Shown here: positions 1 through 15,324 of the stretch, in pieces
Position numbering within the stretch: the stretch's first letter is position 1
Layout: each line of letters begins with the position of its first letter
Origin: Candidatus Eiseniibacteriota bacterium
GTDB taxonomy: Bacteria > Eisenbacteria > RBG-16-71-46
Reading direction: 5' to 3'
DNA: 64,000 bases
Assembly (NCBI GenBank): GCA_963744995.1
Contig: CAVUWA010000010.1
Coordinates: 288,001-352,000 of the forward strand
Translations under genes and position numbers: made by a program
The notes under the pieces: generated by a model
Database searches by the model: none
The model's input: only the letters and a program-made list of their open reading frames with translations
What the model was told of the DNA's origin: nothing

Positions 1-510
1 GCTGCGGATCACCAGCGGGTAGCCCAGCTCCTCGCCGAGCGCCACCGCCTCGGCGACGCTGGTGGCGTGGCTGCTGCGCGGCAGTGAGAGCCCCTCCGCG
101 GTCATCGCCTTCTTGAACAGGTCGCGGTTCTCGGCGGTCTCGATCGCCTCGATCGAGGCGCCGATCAGCTGCACGCCGTGGCGCTCGAGCGCGCCGTTGT
201 GGGCGAGCGCCATCGCCAGGTTCAACGCCGTCTGCCCGCCGAGCGTCGGCAGCAGCACGTCGGGCTTCTCGCGCTCCATGATCCGCTCGGCGATCTCCGG
301 CAGCAGCGGCTCGATGTAGGTGCGGTCGGCGAACTCCGGGTCGGTCATGATCGTGGCCGGATTCGAGTTGAGGAGGATCACCTCGAGCCCGAGCCCTTTG
401 AGCGCCCGGCACGCCTGCGTGCCCGAATAGTCGAATTCGCACGCCTGCCCGATCACGATCGGACCGGCGCCGAGGACCATGACCTTCCTGATGTCGGTGC
501 GCAGCGGCAT
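1..510 (-). CDS. carB: Carbamoyl-phosphate synthase large subunit, 5' part (runs off window start)
   Basis: Manual translation from ATG at 510: [38 protein letters not shown]...[11 protein letters not shown], the canonical CarB N-terminus; start overlaps carA stop (TGATG). Confidence 0.97.
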   Translation of the reverse strand, partial: MPLRTDIRKVMVLGAGPIVIGQACEFDYSGTQACRALKGLGLEVILLNSNPATIMTDPEFADRTYIEPLLPEIAERIMEREKPDVLLPTLGGQTALNLAMALAHNGALERHGVQLIGASIEAIETAENRDLFKKAMTAEGLSLPRSSHATSVAEAVALGEELGYPLVIRS

Positions 511-1664
511 CAGTTCCTCGCCCCCGCCATGCCCTTCTCCGCGCGCCGCTTTCCGACCGCCTCGGCGAACGCCGCGAACCACGGCCGCGAGTCGTGCGGG
601 CCCGGCGCGGCCTCGGGGTGGTACTGGCAGCTGAACACCGGGAGCTTCCGGTGCACCATGCCCTCGAGCGTGCCGTCGTTCGCGCTGAAGTGCGTCAGCT
701 CGAACTCGCCCGCGGGCATCGTCTCCGGGTCGACGGCGAAGCCGTGGTTCTGCGAGCTGACCTCGATCCTGCCGGTCCTGCGGTCCACCACCGGGTGGTT
801 CGCGCCGCGGTGGCCGAATTTGAGCTTGTGGGTGCGGCCGCCGAACGCCTGGCCGATCAGCTGGTGGCCGAGGCAGATCCCGAACGTCGGCACGGCCTGG
901 GCCACCTCGCGCGCCGCGGCGATCGCGTAATCGAGCGGCCCGGGGTCGCCCGGCCCGTTGGAGAGCACGACGCCGTCGGGGTCGAGGTCCAGCACTTCGC
1001 CGCCGTTCGTGCGCGACGGCAGCACCCGCACCTTGAAACCCTGCGCGTGCAGCAGGCGCAGGATGTTGAACTTGACGCCGTAGTCGAGCACGGCGATCAG
1101 CGGGCGCTGCGCCTCGTCGGCCGGCAGCTCCTCCGCGTGGCCCTGCGCGGTCCACCAGTAGGGTTCGACGCAGGTCACGATGTCGGCGAGCGCGAGGCCG
1201 GTCATGCTGGGGCTCTGACGCGCCTTCTCGACCAGGCTGCCCTCGTCGAGGTCCACCGCCGACACGCAGCCGCGCATCACGCCGCGCGTGCGCAGGTGGC
1301 GGGTGAGCGCGCGCGTGTCGATCCCCTGGATCCCGGGCACGCCGCGCGCTTCGAGCAGGTCCTCGAGCCGCCCCCGCGAGCGCCAGCTGCTCGGCATCTC
1401 GCACGCCTCGCGGCAGACCATCGCCTGCGCGCGCAGCCGGTGGCTTTCCCAGTCCTCGTCGTTCACGCCGTAGTTGCCGAGCAGCGGGTAGGTGAACGTC
1501 ACGATCTGCCCGCAGTAGGACGGATCGGATATCACTTCCTGATAACCGGTCATGGCGGTGTTGAACACCACCTCGCCGGTGGTCTCGGCCGGCGCGCCGA
1601 ACGACTCGCCGCGGAACACGCGGCCGTCTTCGAGCGCGAGCAGCGCGGGGGGACGACGGGTCAT
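510..1664 (-). CDS. carA: Carbamoyl-phosphate synthase small subunit
   Basis: [40 protein letters not shown] motifs; start at 1664 (MTRRPPALL) chosen because of AAGGGAG RBS. Confidence 0.97.
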   Translation of the reverse strand: MTRRPPALLALEDGRVFRGESFGAPAETTGEVVFNTAMTGYQEVISDPSYCGQIVTFTYPLLGNYGVNDEDWESHRLRAQAMVCREACEMPSSWRSRGRLEDLLEARGVPGIQGIDTRALTRHLRTRGVMRGCVSAVDLDEGSLVEKARQSPSMTGLALADIVTCVEPYWWTAQGHAEELPADEAQRPLIAVLDYGVKFNILRLLHAQGFKVRVLPSRTNGGEVLDLDPDGVVLSNGPGDPGPLDYAIAAAREVAQAVPTFGICLGHQLIGQAFGGRTHKLKFGHRGANHPVVDRRTGRIEVSSQNHGFAVDPETMPAGEFELTHFSANDGTLEGMVHRKLPVFSCQYHPEAAPGPHDSRPWFAAFAEAVGKRRAEKGMAGARN

Positions 1665-1726
1665 CGGACTCCCTTGGAGAACGTCAGGGGTGACATGGGC
1701 CATGCATCATACGCGCAGCGGTCCAT

Positions 1727-3029
1727 CTATCGAAGTGGCGAGGCGTCCGCCAGAGCGGCGTCATGGGTCACGCGCCCGCCGCAGATCGTCCGATGCACCC
1801 GGCCGTAGAGGCGATTCCCGGCGAACGGCGTGTTGCGCCCTTTCGAGCGGAACGCGGACGGGTCCACGGTCCAGGTCTCGTCCGGGTCGAACAGCGCGAG
1901 ATCGGCCGGGAAGCCCGCTTCGAGCCGCACCTCGGGCAGGCCGAACACGCGCCTGGGCGCCCCGGTCCACAACTCGACCGCCCGCTCCAGGGTGAGGTGG
2001 CCGGGCCGCACCAGATGGGTGATCGTCAGCCCGAGCGCGGTTTCCAGCCCCACGATCCCGAACGGCGCAGCGTCGAACGGCTGCGCCTTCTCGGCCTCGG
2101 TATGCGGTGCGTGGTCGGTCGCGAGGCAGTCCACGGTGCCGTCGGCGATCGCGGCGATCGCCGCAGCGCGATCGGCGGCGGGCCGCAGCGGCGGGTTCAT
2201 CTTCGCCATGGTGTCGTACTCGCCGACGGCCCCGTCGGTGAGCGTCCAGTGGTGCGGGCACACCTCGCCGCGACACGCGGAGACCGCGACGCCTGGCGTC
2301 ACGCAGCGCCTCGAACGAGGCCGCGCACGAGAGGTGCGCCAGGTGCACGCGCCCGCCGGTCAGCGCCGCCAGCTCGACGTCGCGCCGGACCATGATGCTC
2401 TCGGCCTCGGAGGGAATCCCCGTGAGGCCCAGCCGCGCCGACACCGCGCCCTCGTGCATGTGGCCGCCCGCGGCGAGCGAAGGGTCCTCTTCGTGGCAGA
2501 CGATCGGAGTGCCGAGGTCCCTGGCGTACTCGAGCGCCCGGCGCATGACCGCGGCCGTCCCGACCGGCCGGCCGTCGTCACTGAACGCCACCGCGCCCGC
2601 CGCGGCGAGCGCGTGCATCTCGGCGAGACGCTCGCCGGCCTGGCCGAGCGTCACGGCCGCGATCGGCAGCACGCGGCAGTGCGCGACCTTCTGCGCGCGA
2701 GCCAGCAGCCACTCGATCCACTCGACGCGGTCGATGACCGGATTCGTGTTCGGCATGCAGGCGATCGAGGTGAACCCGCCGGCCGCCGCCGCCGCGGTGC
2801 CGGTCGCCACGGTCTCCTTCGCGCTCTGCCCCGGCTCGCGCAGGTGGACGTGCAGGTCCACGAAGCCCGGAGCGAGCACGAGGCCATGCGCGTCGAACGC
2901 GTCCGCGCCCGCGGGGAGCGGCGCGTGGGCGCCGCCGCCGACACGTGCGATCACCCCGTCCTTCCAGTCGAGGTCGATGCGCTCGCCGCTGCGCCAGTGG
3001 CGCGCACCGCGGATCGCCCCCGCGCTCAT
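1727..3029 (-). pseudogene. pyrC: Dihydroorotase with a single-base frameshift near 2270 (real lesion or sequence error)
   Basis: N-terminal part (PGFVDLHVHLREPG, CMPNTNP, FSDDG, HLAHLS) lies in the 1761..3818 frame from ATG 3029, which overlaps the pyrB stop. C-terminal part (EVCPHH, KMNPPLR, ATDHAPH, SKGRNTPF) lies in the 1727..2302 frame. Confidence 0.9.
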
Positions 3030-4021
3030 CGGCCGATCCCCAGTGCGGCAGCCGCGCGCCGGAGCACCGCGCAGCGCACCGACACGCCGTGGTTCACCTG
3101 CTGAAAGACCACCGAGCGCGCGTGGTCCATCACGTCGGAGGCCAGCTCGACGCCGCGGTTCACCGGTCCCGGATGCATGACCACCGCGTGCGGATGCATG
3201 AGCCCCAGACGCCTCACGTCGATCCCCCACTCGCGCGCGTATTCGCGCTCGGTGGAGATCAGCGCCTGGGCCATGCGCTCGTGCTGGATGCGCAGCGCCA
3301 TCACCGCGTCGGCGCCCTCGAGCGCCTCGTCGAGGTTCGCCGCCAGGCGGCCCCCCAGCGCGGCCGGCTCGCGCGGCATCAGGCTCGATGGGCCCGCGAA
3401 CACCACCTCGCAGCCGAGCGTCACCAGACCGAAGCAGGCCGAGCGCGCGACGCGTGAGTGGTCGATGTCGCCGACGATGGCGATCCGGCGGCCCTCGAAG
3501 CGGCCCTGCCAGGCTTCGTCGAGCGTCATGAGGTCCAGCAGGCCCTGGGTCGGATGCTCGTGCGCGCCGTCGCCCGCATTGATGATGCCGGCTTCGAGGT
3601 GCCGGGCGAGGAAGTGCGGGATCCCCGCCGAGCGGTGGCGCACGACGAGCAGGTCGACCCCCATGGATTCGATCACGCGCAGCGTGTCGAGCATCGTCTC
3701 GCCCTTGGAGAGCGACGAGCCGCCGGGCGAGAACGACGCGCTGGTGGCGCCGAGCCGGCGCTCGGCGATCTCGAACGACACGCGCGTCCGGGTCGAGTCC
3801 TCGAAGAACGCGTTGCACACGGTCAGGCCGCGCAGCTCGTCCGACGGCAGCTCGCCGCGCGCCACGCGGGCCTTCTGCAGACCGGCGTCGTCGAGCAGCG
3901 CGCGCAGCGTGGCACGCGGCATGCCGTCCAGCCCGAGCAGATGGCGCTCCGCAGCCGGGCCAAAAAAAATGCCCGCGTCCGAAGACGCCGGGCGTGCCTC
4001 ATTCGCGGTCATCGTCTGCAT
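3026..4021 (-). CDS. pyrB: Aspartate carbamoyltransferase catalytic subunit
   Basis: FFEDSTRTRVSFE, NAGDGAHEHPTQGLLD, MHPGPVNRGVE. Confidence 0.97.
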   Translation of the reverse strand: MQTMTANEARPASSDAGIFFGPAAERHLLGLDGMPRATLRALLDDAGLQKARVARGELPSDELRGLTVCNAFFEDSTRTRVSFEIAERRLGATSASFSPGGSSLSKGETMLDTLRVIESMGVDLLVVRHRSAGIPHFLARHLEAGIINAGDGAHEHPTQGLLDLMTLDEAWQGRFEGRRIAIVGDIDHSRVARSACFGLVTLGCEVVFAGPSSLMPREPAALGGRLAANLDEALEGADAVMALRIQHERMAQALISTEREYAREWGIDVRRLGLMHPHAVVMHPGPVNRGVELASDVMDHARSVVFQQVNHGVSVRCAVLRRAAAALGIGR

Positions 4022-4027
4022 CGGAGT

Positions 4028-4060
4028 CCTTTCGCCGCCTCGCCGGGCGACGTTAAAAGG
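4028..4060 (-). promoter_or_regulatory. PyrR-binding RNA stem-loop overlapping the pyrB Shine-Dalgarno
   Basis: Minus strand CCTTTTAACGTCGCCCGGCGAGGCGGCGAAAGG contains the CCNGNGAGG core and CCTTT..AA/AAAGG lower stem of PyrR binding loops; AAGGA is 5 nt before the pyrB ATG. Confidence 0.75.
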
Positions 4061-4083
4061 TTGGAACGGTTGCGAACGCCGGA

Positions 4084-4112
4084 AATCTAGCCCAGCGCGG
4101 CTCCGGATTCAA
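4084..4112 (-). promoter_or_regulatory. Sigma70-type promoter for pyrB operon
   Basis: TTGAAT-17 bp-TAGATT on minus strand. Confidence 0.6.
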
Positions 4113-4130
4113 CTCCGTGTCAATCCGGCG

Positions 4131-4160
4131 TTGACGGGCGGGCCCGCCCGTGCGTAACGT
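4131..4160 (+). promoter_or_regulatory. Possible sigma70-type promoter for hybrid kinase
   Basis: TTGACG-18 bp-TAACGT, divergent from pyrB promoter. Confidence 0.4.
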
Positions 4161-4251
4161 TCGGCGGCTTCAGGAAGTTCAGGCTGGTCGCGCAGTTGCG
4201 CCGGATCGCCCACACGGACGCGGGCGTTTCGAAGACGCATCCCGAGCGTCC

Positions 4252-8716
<4,465 letters not shown>

Positions 8717-8720
<4 letters not shown>

Positions 8721-9721
8721 GCTCCGGCCTCCGCAGCCGCGGCTTTCTTCTTCTTCTTCCTGCCGCCGCCTTCCTTCGCCGCCGCGGCATCGAGCCAGCG
8801 CTGCCGCGCGGCGGGATCCTCGATCATCGGGTAGCCCATGTCGCGACGCTGTTCGACGTATGCGAGCGCGGCGCGGCGCGCGAGCTTCCGCACCCGGCCG
8901 ATGTAGCCGACGCGCTCGCTGACGGAGATCGCGCCGCGCGCATCGAGCACGTTGAACAGGTGCGAGCACTTGATCACGCAGTCGTAGCCCGGGTTCACGA
9001 GGCCCATCTCCAGCAGGCGCAACGCGTCGGCCTCCCAGTGCTTGAACATGTCGAAGTGCGCCTGCACGTCGGCCACCTCGAAGTTGTAGCGCGAGTATTC
9101 GACCTCGTTGCGCAGCCACAGGTCGGCCCAGGTCACCGCCCCGTGGCCTTCGCCGGCGGGCGCCCACACCAGGTCCTGCACGCGATCGGTGCCCTGCAGC
9201 ATCATGCCGATGCGGTCGAGGCCGTAGGTGAGCTCGGCGGAAACCACGTCGACCTCGATGCCGCCGCACTGCTGGAAGTAGGTGAACTGCGAGATCTCCT
9301 GACCGTCCATCCACACCTGCCAGCCGAGCCCGGCGGCGCCGAGCGTCGGCGACTCCCAGTCGTCCTCGACCAGGCGCAGGTCGTGCTCGCGCGGCTCGAT
9401 GCCGAGCGCGCGCAGCGACTCGAAGTAGAGATCCACCACCTCGCCCGGCGAGGGTTTGAGGATCACCTGATACTGATAGAACTGCTGGAAACGGTTCGGG
9501 TTCTCGCCGTAGCGGCCGTCCTTGGGGCGCCGCGACGGCTCGACGTACGCCGCGCGCCAGGGTTCGGGCCCCAGCGAGCGCAGGAACGTCGCCGGATTGA
9601 ACGTGCCGGCGCCGACTTCCGACGCATAGGGCTGCTGGATCACGCAGCCGCGGTTCGCCCAGAACGTCTCGAGCGAGATCATCATGTCCTGGAGCGAGCG
9701 GGCGGGGTTCAGGCCGGACAT
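8717..9721 (-). CDS. glyQ: Glycine--tRNA ligase alpha subunit
   Basis: [46 protein letters not shown]. Confidence 0.98.
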
Positions 9722-10539
9722 TCGGAGTCCTTCCGGAGCGCGGGGCCTTCGGCGACGGCGCCCTCGGGCGGCGTGGCGGCGGGACCGTGCAGGTGGCGCA
9801 GCGTCTCCAGGGAACGCAGTCCCTGGAAGCGCTGGAAGTGGTGGCGCAGGAAGCTCTCGACGACGCGCAGGATCTCACCCGCGCGCTTCACCTCGAGATA
9901 TTCGCCCGCCTCGTGGACCGGGCGCGAGAGCAGCAGCGACAGCCCGGCGAGCGCGTCGGCGGAAAGCCGGATGGTGCCGGCTTCGATACGGGCGCACGCG
10001 TCGCACAGCAGCCCGCCGCGCGCGGGCGAGAACAGGCGCTCCTGCGACAGCGGCCGCCCGCAGCCCGCACACGCGTCGAGTCGCGGCCGGTAGCCGAGCA
10101 GGCTCGAGGTCTGCAGCTCGAACGCCAGGGTGATCGCCGGCAGCGCGGCTTCGGGAGCGTCGGCGGCCGACTCGATCGTCGCCGCCAGCAGGTCGAACAG
10201 GTCGGCGTGCGCCTCTTCGCCCCAGACCAGCCGGTCGATCAGCTCGAGTGCGGCCTGTGCGTGGGCGAGCCGGGTGAGGTCCTGGATGCGGCTGCCGGTG
10301 GGCGCGATGGTTTCGGCCTGCGAGAGCAGGTGCAGGTCACGATCGGCCTTCTGGTAGTAGGTGAAGCGCGACCGCGACAGCGGCTCGAGCGAGAATCCGA
10401 AGCGGTGCGGCGCCTTGCGCGCGCCCTTGGCGACGAGCTTCGTGAGCCCGAAGTCGCGCGTGTAGACCACGACGATGCGGCTCGTGTCACCGAGCGCGTA
10501 CGTCTTGAGGACGATGCCTTCAGAACGAACGAGGGCCAA
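9709..10539 (-). CDS. recO: DNA repair protein RecO
   Basis: [18 protein letters not shown]...VAKGARK; Zn finger CAGC...CDAC; TTG start with GGAGG. Confidence 0.95.
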   Translation of the reverse strand: MALVRSEGIVLKTYALGDTSRIVVVYTRDFGLTKLVAKGARKAPHRFGFSLEPLSRSRFTYYQKADRDLHLLSQAETIAPTGSRIQDLTRLAHAQAALELIDRLVWGEEAHADLFDLLAATIESAADAPEAALPAITLAFELQTSSLLGYRPRLDACAGCGRPLSQERLFSPARGGLLCDACARIEAGTIRLSADALAGLSLLLSRPVHEAGEYLEVKRAGEILRVVESFLRHHFQRFQGLRSLETLRHLHGPAATPPEGAVAEGPALRKDSECPA

Positions 10540-10596
10540 CGGACCTCCAGCTTTGCCGCAAGGCGGACTCCGGACGCCGCGGCGCCGGACGCTCCG

Positions 10597-11328
10597 TCAC
10601 ACGGCCGAGCGGGTTTCCGCGTTCCCCCCGTATTCCGGACCCGGCTCGGCGCCGGGCTGGATGACGCCGCCGGAGACGATGACCTTGAGCCCGTCCTCGA
10701 CCGGCCAGTCGAGATGGATGATCTGGGAACGCGGCACGTAGTGCACGAAGCCGGAGGCGGGATTCGGCGTGTGCGGGATGAACACGACCTCGTGCGCTTC
10801 CGGCAGCTTCGCCAGCACGTCGTCGCTCGCGTGTCCCGTGACGAATCCCAGACGCCACATGCCCGGATGCGGCCACGGCACCAGCACCACCTGCCGGAAC
10901 GCCTGCCGCTGCCGGGAAAGCAGCGCCTCTCCCAGTGACTTCGTGGAGCCGTACAAAATACCGACGCCCGGAATACGGGTCAATAAACCGTCCCACATCG
11001 CGATCACGTAGCGCCCGCCGATCCATGAGCCGATCGCGCCGACGAACAGCAGCAGCAGCACCGTCGCGACCAGCCCGAGCCCCGGGATCCGCACGTCGCC
11101 AAGCGCCGGGATATGGATGTAGCGGCCGATCAGGTTGTCGAACCAGTTGAGGATCTTGTAGAGGACCCAGATCGTCACCGCGGACGGGCCGAGCACGAGC
11201 AGTCCGGTGAGCAGCCACTGCCGCATGAGCAGTGCGAATGTCAGTTTCGGCTCCGGCGCGGGCGGCGGCCCCTTGCGTGGCCCGTTCGCGCGGGCGCGCT
11301 TCGGCTTTGCGGCGCCCTTCTTCACCAT
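10597..11328 (-). CDS. DUF502 family membrane protein
   Basis: Two TM helices, RIPGVGILYGSTK, VVLVPWP, VFIPHTPNPASGF, GLKVIVSGG. Confidence 0.9.
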   Translation of the reverse strand: MVKKGAAKPKRARANGPRKGPPPAPEPKLTFALLMRQWLLTGLLVLGPSAVTIWVLYKILNWFDNLIGRYIHIPALGDVRIPGLGLVATVLLLLFVGAIGSWIGGRYVIAMWDGLLTRIPGVGILYGSTKSLGEALLSRQRQAFRQVVLVPWPHPGMWRLGFVTGHASDDVLAKLPEAHEVVFIPHTPNPASGFVHYVPRSQIIHLDWPVEDGLKVIVSGGVIQPGAEPGPEYGGNAETRSAV

Positions 11329-11813
11329 GACGCCCCTCCGAGCGCTGCGTCGAGCGCCGTGACGTGCGTGGCGATGCCCTTCATGGCGCGGCGCTCCTGC
11401 GCGCGCATGTGGGCGCGCTCCCGCTCGCGATGATGGTCGAGTCCCGCGAGGTGCAGTGCGCCGTGCACGACGACCCGCGCCAGCTCGCGGCCGGGTGTGA
11501 CGCGGTAGCGCCTGGACTGGACGCGCACGCGGTCGAGCGAGATCACCAGATCGCCGGACACCGCGGCGCGGCCGCCTGCCCCCGCGGGGCGGCGCGCCGG
11601 CGCTTCGTCGTCGTATGCGAAGCTCAGCACGTCGGTGGCGCGATCGATGCCGCGCCAGCGCCGGTTGAGTTCGCGCAGCTGCGCGTCGTCGGTGAGCACG
11701 ATCGTGATGTCTCCCGGGCGTCCCTGCTCGAGCGCCAGCGCACCGCGCACCAGAGCGCGCAGCGGCGGCGCGAGCCGCGCCCCGCTACGTGGACTCGCGA
11801 CGGAGATCGGCAT
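11322..11813 (-). CDS. ybeY: rRNA maturation endoribonuclease YbeY
   Basis: LNRRWRGIDRATDVLSF, GDLVIS, HGALHLAGLDH. Confidence 0.95.
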   Translation of the reverse strand: MPISVASPRSGARLAPPLRALVRGALALEQGRPGDITIVLTDDAQLRELNRRWRGIDRATDVLSFAYDDEAPARRPAGAGGRAAVSGDLVISLDRVRVQSRRYRVTPGRELARVVVHGALHLAGLDHHRERERAHMRAQERRAMKGIATHVTALDAALGGASW

Positions 11814-14010
11814 CGACGCGGGCGCCCTTCTTCGGCGCCTCGGGGTAGGGCGCCCGCACGTGGAAGATCGCGGTGAGCACCGGAATGAACGCCTCCCGCA
11901 CGCGGGCCAGTTCCTGCAGCGTGAGGCCGCACTCGTCGAGCTGCCCCTGCTGCACGCGCTCGTCCATGATCCGGGTCACGAGGCCGCGGATCCGGCTCGG
12001 CGTCGGCTCGGCCAGCGCGCGCGACGCGCCTTCGACGCCGTCGGCGAGCATGAGGATCGCGGTCTCGCGCGAACGCGGCCGCGGGCCGGGGTAGGAAAAG
12101 TCCTCGCGCCGCGCGGCGGGATCCGCCTCGAGCGCCTTGTGGTAGAAGAACGCCATCACCATCGTGCCGTGGTGCTCGGGGATCGCCTGCTGCACCGCGC
12201 GCGGCAGCCGCTCGCGGCGCGCCATTTCGAGCCCTTCGCTGATGTGGGACTTCACGACCAGCGTGCTCATGCTCGGCGTCAGCCGCTCGTGACGGCTGCG
12301 CGAGGAGGCCGGCTCGTTCTCGGCGTAGTACTCGGGCTTCGCCAGCTTGCCGATGTCGTGGTAGTAGGCCGACACGCGCGCGAGCAGCGAATTGGCGCCG
12401 ATCGCCTCGGCGCCCGCTTCGGCGAGCTGGCCCACGATCATGCAGTGGTGGTAGGTGCCCGGCGCCTCGAGCTGCAGGCGCTTCAGCAGCGGCCGGTTGA
12501 GGTCCGACAGCTCGAGCAGCGTGATGTCGGAGGTCAGGCCGAACACGTGCTCGACCACCGGCAGCAGCAGGAACGCGATCGACACCGCGAGGAACGCGTT
12601 CAGCGTGCCCCACATCGCGTCGCGGGCGAGGATCGTCGCCGAGATCCCGCGCGCCAGGTCCCAGGCGAGAATCGCCGTGAGGTTGGCGAGCGCGATCGTG
12701 AAGAACGCGCTGGCGAAGTGCCAGCGGTGACGCAGGCGCGAGATCGAGTACACCGCGGTCACGCCGCCCATCACCGCCACGGGCACGAACGGCGGCCGGA
12801 TCTCCACCACCGCGGTCACCACCACGGCCAGCATCAGGGTGAACACCAGCGCCGGGCGCTTCTCGAGCAGCGAGCCCACGACCAGCGGCGCGAGTGCCAG
12901 CGGCACCGTGAACTCCGAGAGGCCGAGCATGCCGACCTGCACCTGGGCGATCACCATGACCACGATCGTGATCAGAGCGAACATCGCGAGCATGGCGTTG
13001 TCGCGATGCACCGCCGGCAGCTCCATGCGCAGGTAGGTCGCGAAGGCGGCGATGAACAGCAGCATGAGCAGCATGCGCGCGACCGGCGGGTACAGGAACT
13101 CCGTGCGCGCCTGGCGTGCGGACTCGAGGTTGCGGAGCGAGCGCAGCTTCAGGAGCGCCGACTCGTCGATGCGCTGGTTGGCATCGACGATCAGCTCGTC
13201 CTTCTTGACGAAGCCGACCGTCGACGGCACCACCCCCTGCGCCTGGACACGCCGCCATTCGGTCTCGGCGCGATCGAAGGTCACGTTGGGCTGGACGAAC
13301 GCGCCCGCCAGCTCGGTCACCAGCTTCACGCTGCGCGGGTCCCCGCCGAACGCGGAGCGGGCGCGGCGCTCGAGCTGCGCGATCCCCTCCTCGCGGTCGT
13401 AAAGGAGGCTCGTCGACTGCGTCTTCTCGGACTCGCCGTCGCGCAGCCGCACGACGGCATAACCCTGGATCTGGCCGTTGCGCTTCTCGGCGACGACGCC
13501 GGCGTCGTAGATCTCGTTGAGCCAGCCGTTCATCGCGCCCAGCACCTGGCGCGCCCGGCCCGGTGCGGAGAGTGCGCGCGCCGACTCCTCGCTCAGCGGC
13601 ACGCCGAGCATGCGCATGCGTTCGGTGCGCTCGCCCGGGCGCAGGTTCGCATCGCCCACCACCGCGAGCACCCGCTCCTGGAACGTGGCGAAGCGCTCCT
13701 GCATGCCGGACGACACGCGCGGGTCGATCACGTAGACCGGTGGCACGGCCGCCGCGGCGTCTTCCTGCTCGCGTCGCAGCGTGGCCTCGTCCTTTTCGAT
13801 GCGGAAGTCGAACGGCGCCACGACCCGGTCGGTGGAGATGTCGCCGACCCGGTAGCGGAACTTCTCCGGCGCCCCGCCGCGCCCGGGCAGCAGCGCGGCC
13901 ACCGCGAGCAGCACGATGACCAGCAGCGCCCGCACCGCGAAGTAACCCCAGCGGAACGGCCGGGCGCGGTCGGGCAGCGGCGGATGGGCGGTGGAATCCG
14001 TGACGGTCAT
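11785..14010 (-). CDS. 7TM-HD/HDIG phosphohydrolase (PgpH-like cyclic-dinucleotide phosphodiesterase family)
   Basis: Extracytoplasmic domain, 7 TM, EAPGTYHH, YHDIGK, EHHGT, YPGPRP, MLADGVE; usual phoH-ybeY context. Confidence 0.93.
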   Translation of the reverse strand: MTVTDSTAHPPLPDRARPFRWGYFAVRALLVIVLLAVAALLPGRGGAPEKFRYRVGDISTDRVVAPFDFRIEKDEATLRREQEDAAAAVPPVYVIDPRVSSGMQERFATFQERVLAVVGDANLRPGERTERMRMLGVPLSEESARALSAPGRARQVLGAMNGWLNEIYDAGVVAEKRNGQIQGYAVVRLRDGESEKTQSTSLLYDREEGIAQLERRARSAFGGDPRSVKLVTELAGAFVQPNVTFDRAETEWRRVQAQGVVPSTVGFVKKDELIVDANQRIDESALLKLRSLRNLESARQARTEFLYPPVARMLLMLLFIAAFATYLRMELPAVHRDNAMLAMFALITIVVMVIAQVQVGMLGLSEFTVPLALAPLVVGSLLEKRPALVFTLMLAVVVTAVVEIRPPFVPVAVMGGVTAVYSISRLRHRWHFASAFFTIALANLTAILAWDLARGISATILARDAMWGTLNAFLAVSIAFLLLPVVEHVFGLTSDITLLELSDLNRPLLKRLQLEAPGTYHHCMIVGQLAEAGAEAIGANSLLARVSAYYHDIGKLAKPEYYAENEPASSRSRHERLTPSMSTLVVKSHISEGLEMARRERLPRAVQQAIPEHHGTMVMAFFYHKALEADPAARREDFSYPGPRPRSRETAILMLADGVEGASRALAEPTPSRIRGLVTRIMDERVQQGQLDECGLTLQELARVREAFIPVLTAIFHVRAPYPEAPKKGARVDADLRREST

Positions 14011-14049
14011 GGTCGCGGCTTTCGGGGTGACGGGGACGTCGGGTTGCGC

Positions 14050-15129
14050 TTAAAGCGACGGTTCCTGCGGGTCCGCGGCCGGCGCCCCGGCGCCGGGCTC
14101 CGCCGGCGTTTCGGCGTCGGCCGCGGGGCTGTCGGTCGGCTCGAGGCTGTGCCCCACGCCATCCTCCAGCTTGCCGTTGGCCCGCGTATGGTAGTCGTCG
14201 AAGGCGCGGATGATGTCGCGCACGAGGCGGTGCCGCACCACGTCTTCCGGATGGAAGTAGATGAAGTCGACGCCCTCGAGCCCGCCGAGGATCGACTGGA
14301 TGCGCACGAGGCCCGAAGCGTCCGGATCGCTGAGGTCGATCTGCGTGATGTCCCCGGTGATCACCGCACGCGAGTTCACACCCATGCGGGTGAGGAACAT
14401 CTTCATCTGCCGCACGGTCGTGTTCTGCGCTTCGTCGAGGATCACGTACGAGTTGTGCAGCGTGCGTCCGCGCATGAACGCCAGCGGCGCGATCTCGATC
14501 ACACCCAGCTCGATGTAGCGGCGCATGCGGTCGTAGGACATCAGGTCGGCGAGCGCGTCGTACATCGGCCTGAGGTATGGATCGACCTTCTCCTGCATGT
14601 CACCGGGCAGGAAGCCCAGGCTCTCGCCCGCCTCGACCGCCGGGCGCACCAGGATGATGCGGTCCACCTTCTTCTGCCTGAGCGCATTCACCGCCGCCGC
14701 GACCGCCAGATACGTCTTGCCCGTACCCGCCGGCCCGATCGCGAACACCACATCATGCTCTTGAAGCGCCTTGAGGTAGGTCGCCTGCATCGGCGTGCGC
14801 GCACGCACGGTCTTGCGGTCGAACGAATAGCCCGGCGCGCCGTCGTAGGCGTCCACGAGCCGGCCGTTGCCGTTGCCGTTGCGCGGTCCGAGCGCGGTGG
14901 CGACGTCGGCCTCCTCGACCATGCGACCCCGTTCGGCGATGTCGACGAGCTGCTCGATCGCGTGCGAAGCGGACTTCACCGCCTCCACGTCTCCGGCCAC
15001 CGTGATCGTGCCGTCGCGGAGCGTGATGCGCACCGGCAGCGCTTTCTCGATGTGCCTGAGATTGACGTCGTTCTGCCCCAGCAGGTGAATGGGATCGAGA
15101 TGCTCGATGGGGAACTTGCGAACGTTCAC
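14050..15129 (-). CDS. phoH: PhoH family ATPase
   Basis: GPAGTGKTYLA, RPAVEAGESLGFLPGD, PLAFMRGRT, DEAQN, VVRHRLV. Confidence 0.96.
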   Translation of the reverse strand: MNVRKFPIEHLDPIHLLGQNDVNLRHIEKALPVRITLRDGTITVAGDVEAVKSASHAIEQLVDIAERGRMVEEADVATALGPRNGNGNGRLVDAYDGAPGYSFDRKTVRARTPMQATYLKALQEHDVVFAIGPAGTGKTYLAVAAAVNALRQKKVDRIILVRPAVEAGESLGFLPGDMQEKVDPYLRPMYDALADLMSYDRMRRYIELGVIEIAPLAFMRGRTLHNSYVILDEAQNTTVRQMKMFLTRMGVNSRAVITGDITQIDLSDPDASGLVRIQSILGGLEGVDFIYFHPEDVVRHRLVRDIIRAFDDYHTRANGKLEDGVGHSLEPTDSPAADAETPAEPGAGAPAADPQEPSL

Positions 15130-15324
15130 GTGGTCTTCCTCGCGTACCCGAAAAACACAAAACTCCTGACCGTCGAGACCCCCATGGGGATCAGGCCAAG
15201 AGCAGGATCAGCTGGCGATGTGAAGGCGGTTGCCCGAGTCAATCCTTTGTCGTCCAAGGTCCTGTCAGCCCCGAATCTGCGCGCGAAATCAACGATTTCG
15301 CGTTTCCTTCGAGACACCGGAAGG

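Noticed and set aside
15222..15240. GGGCAACCGC resembling a T-box upstream of the glyQS-containing block
   Set aside because: Lacks the UGGN bulge and a recognisable stem I, and is more than 5 kb from glyQ
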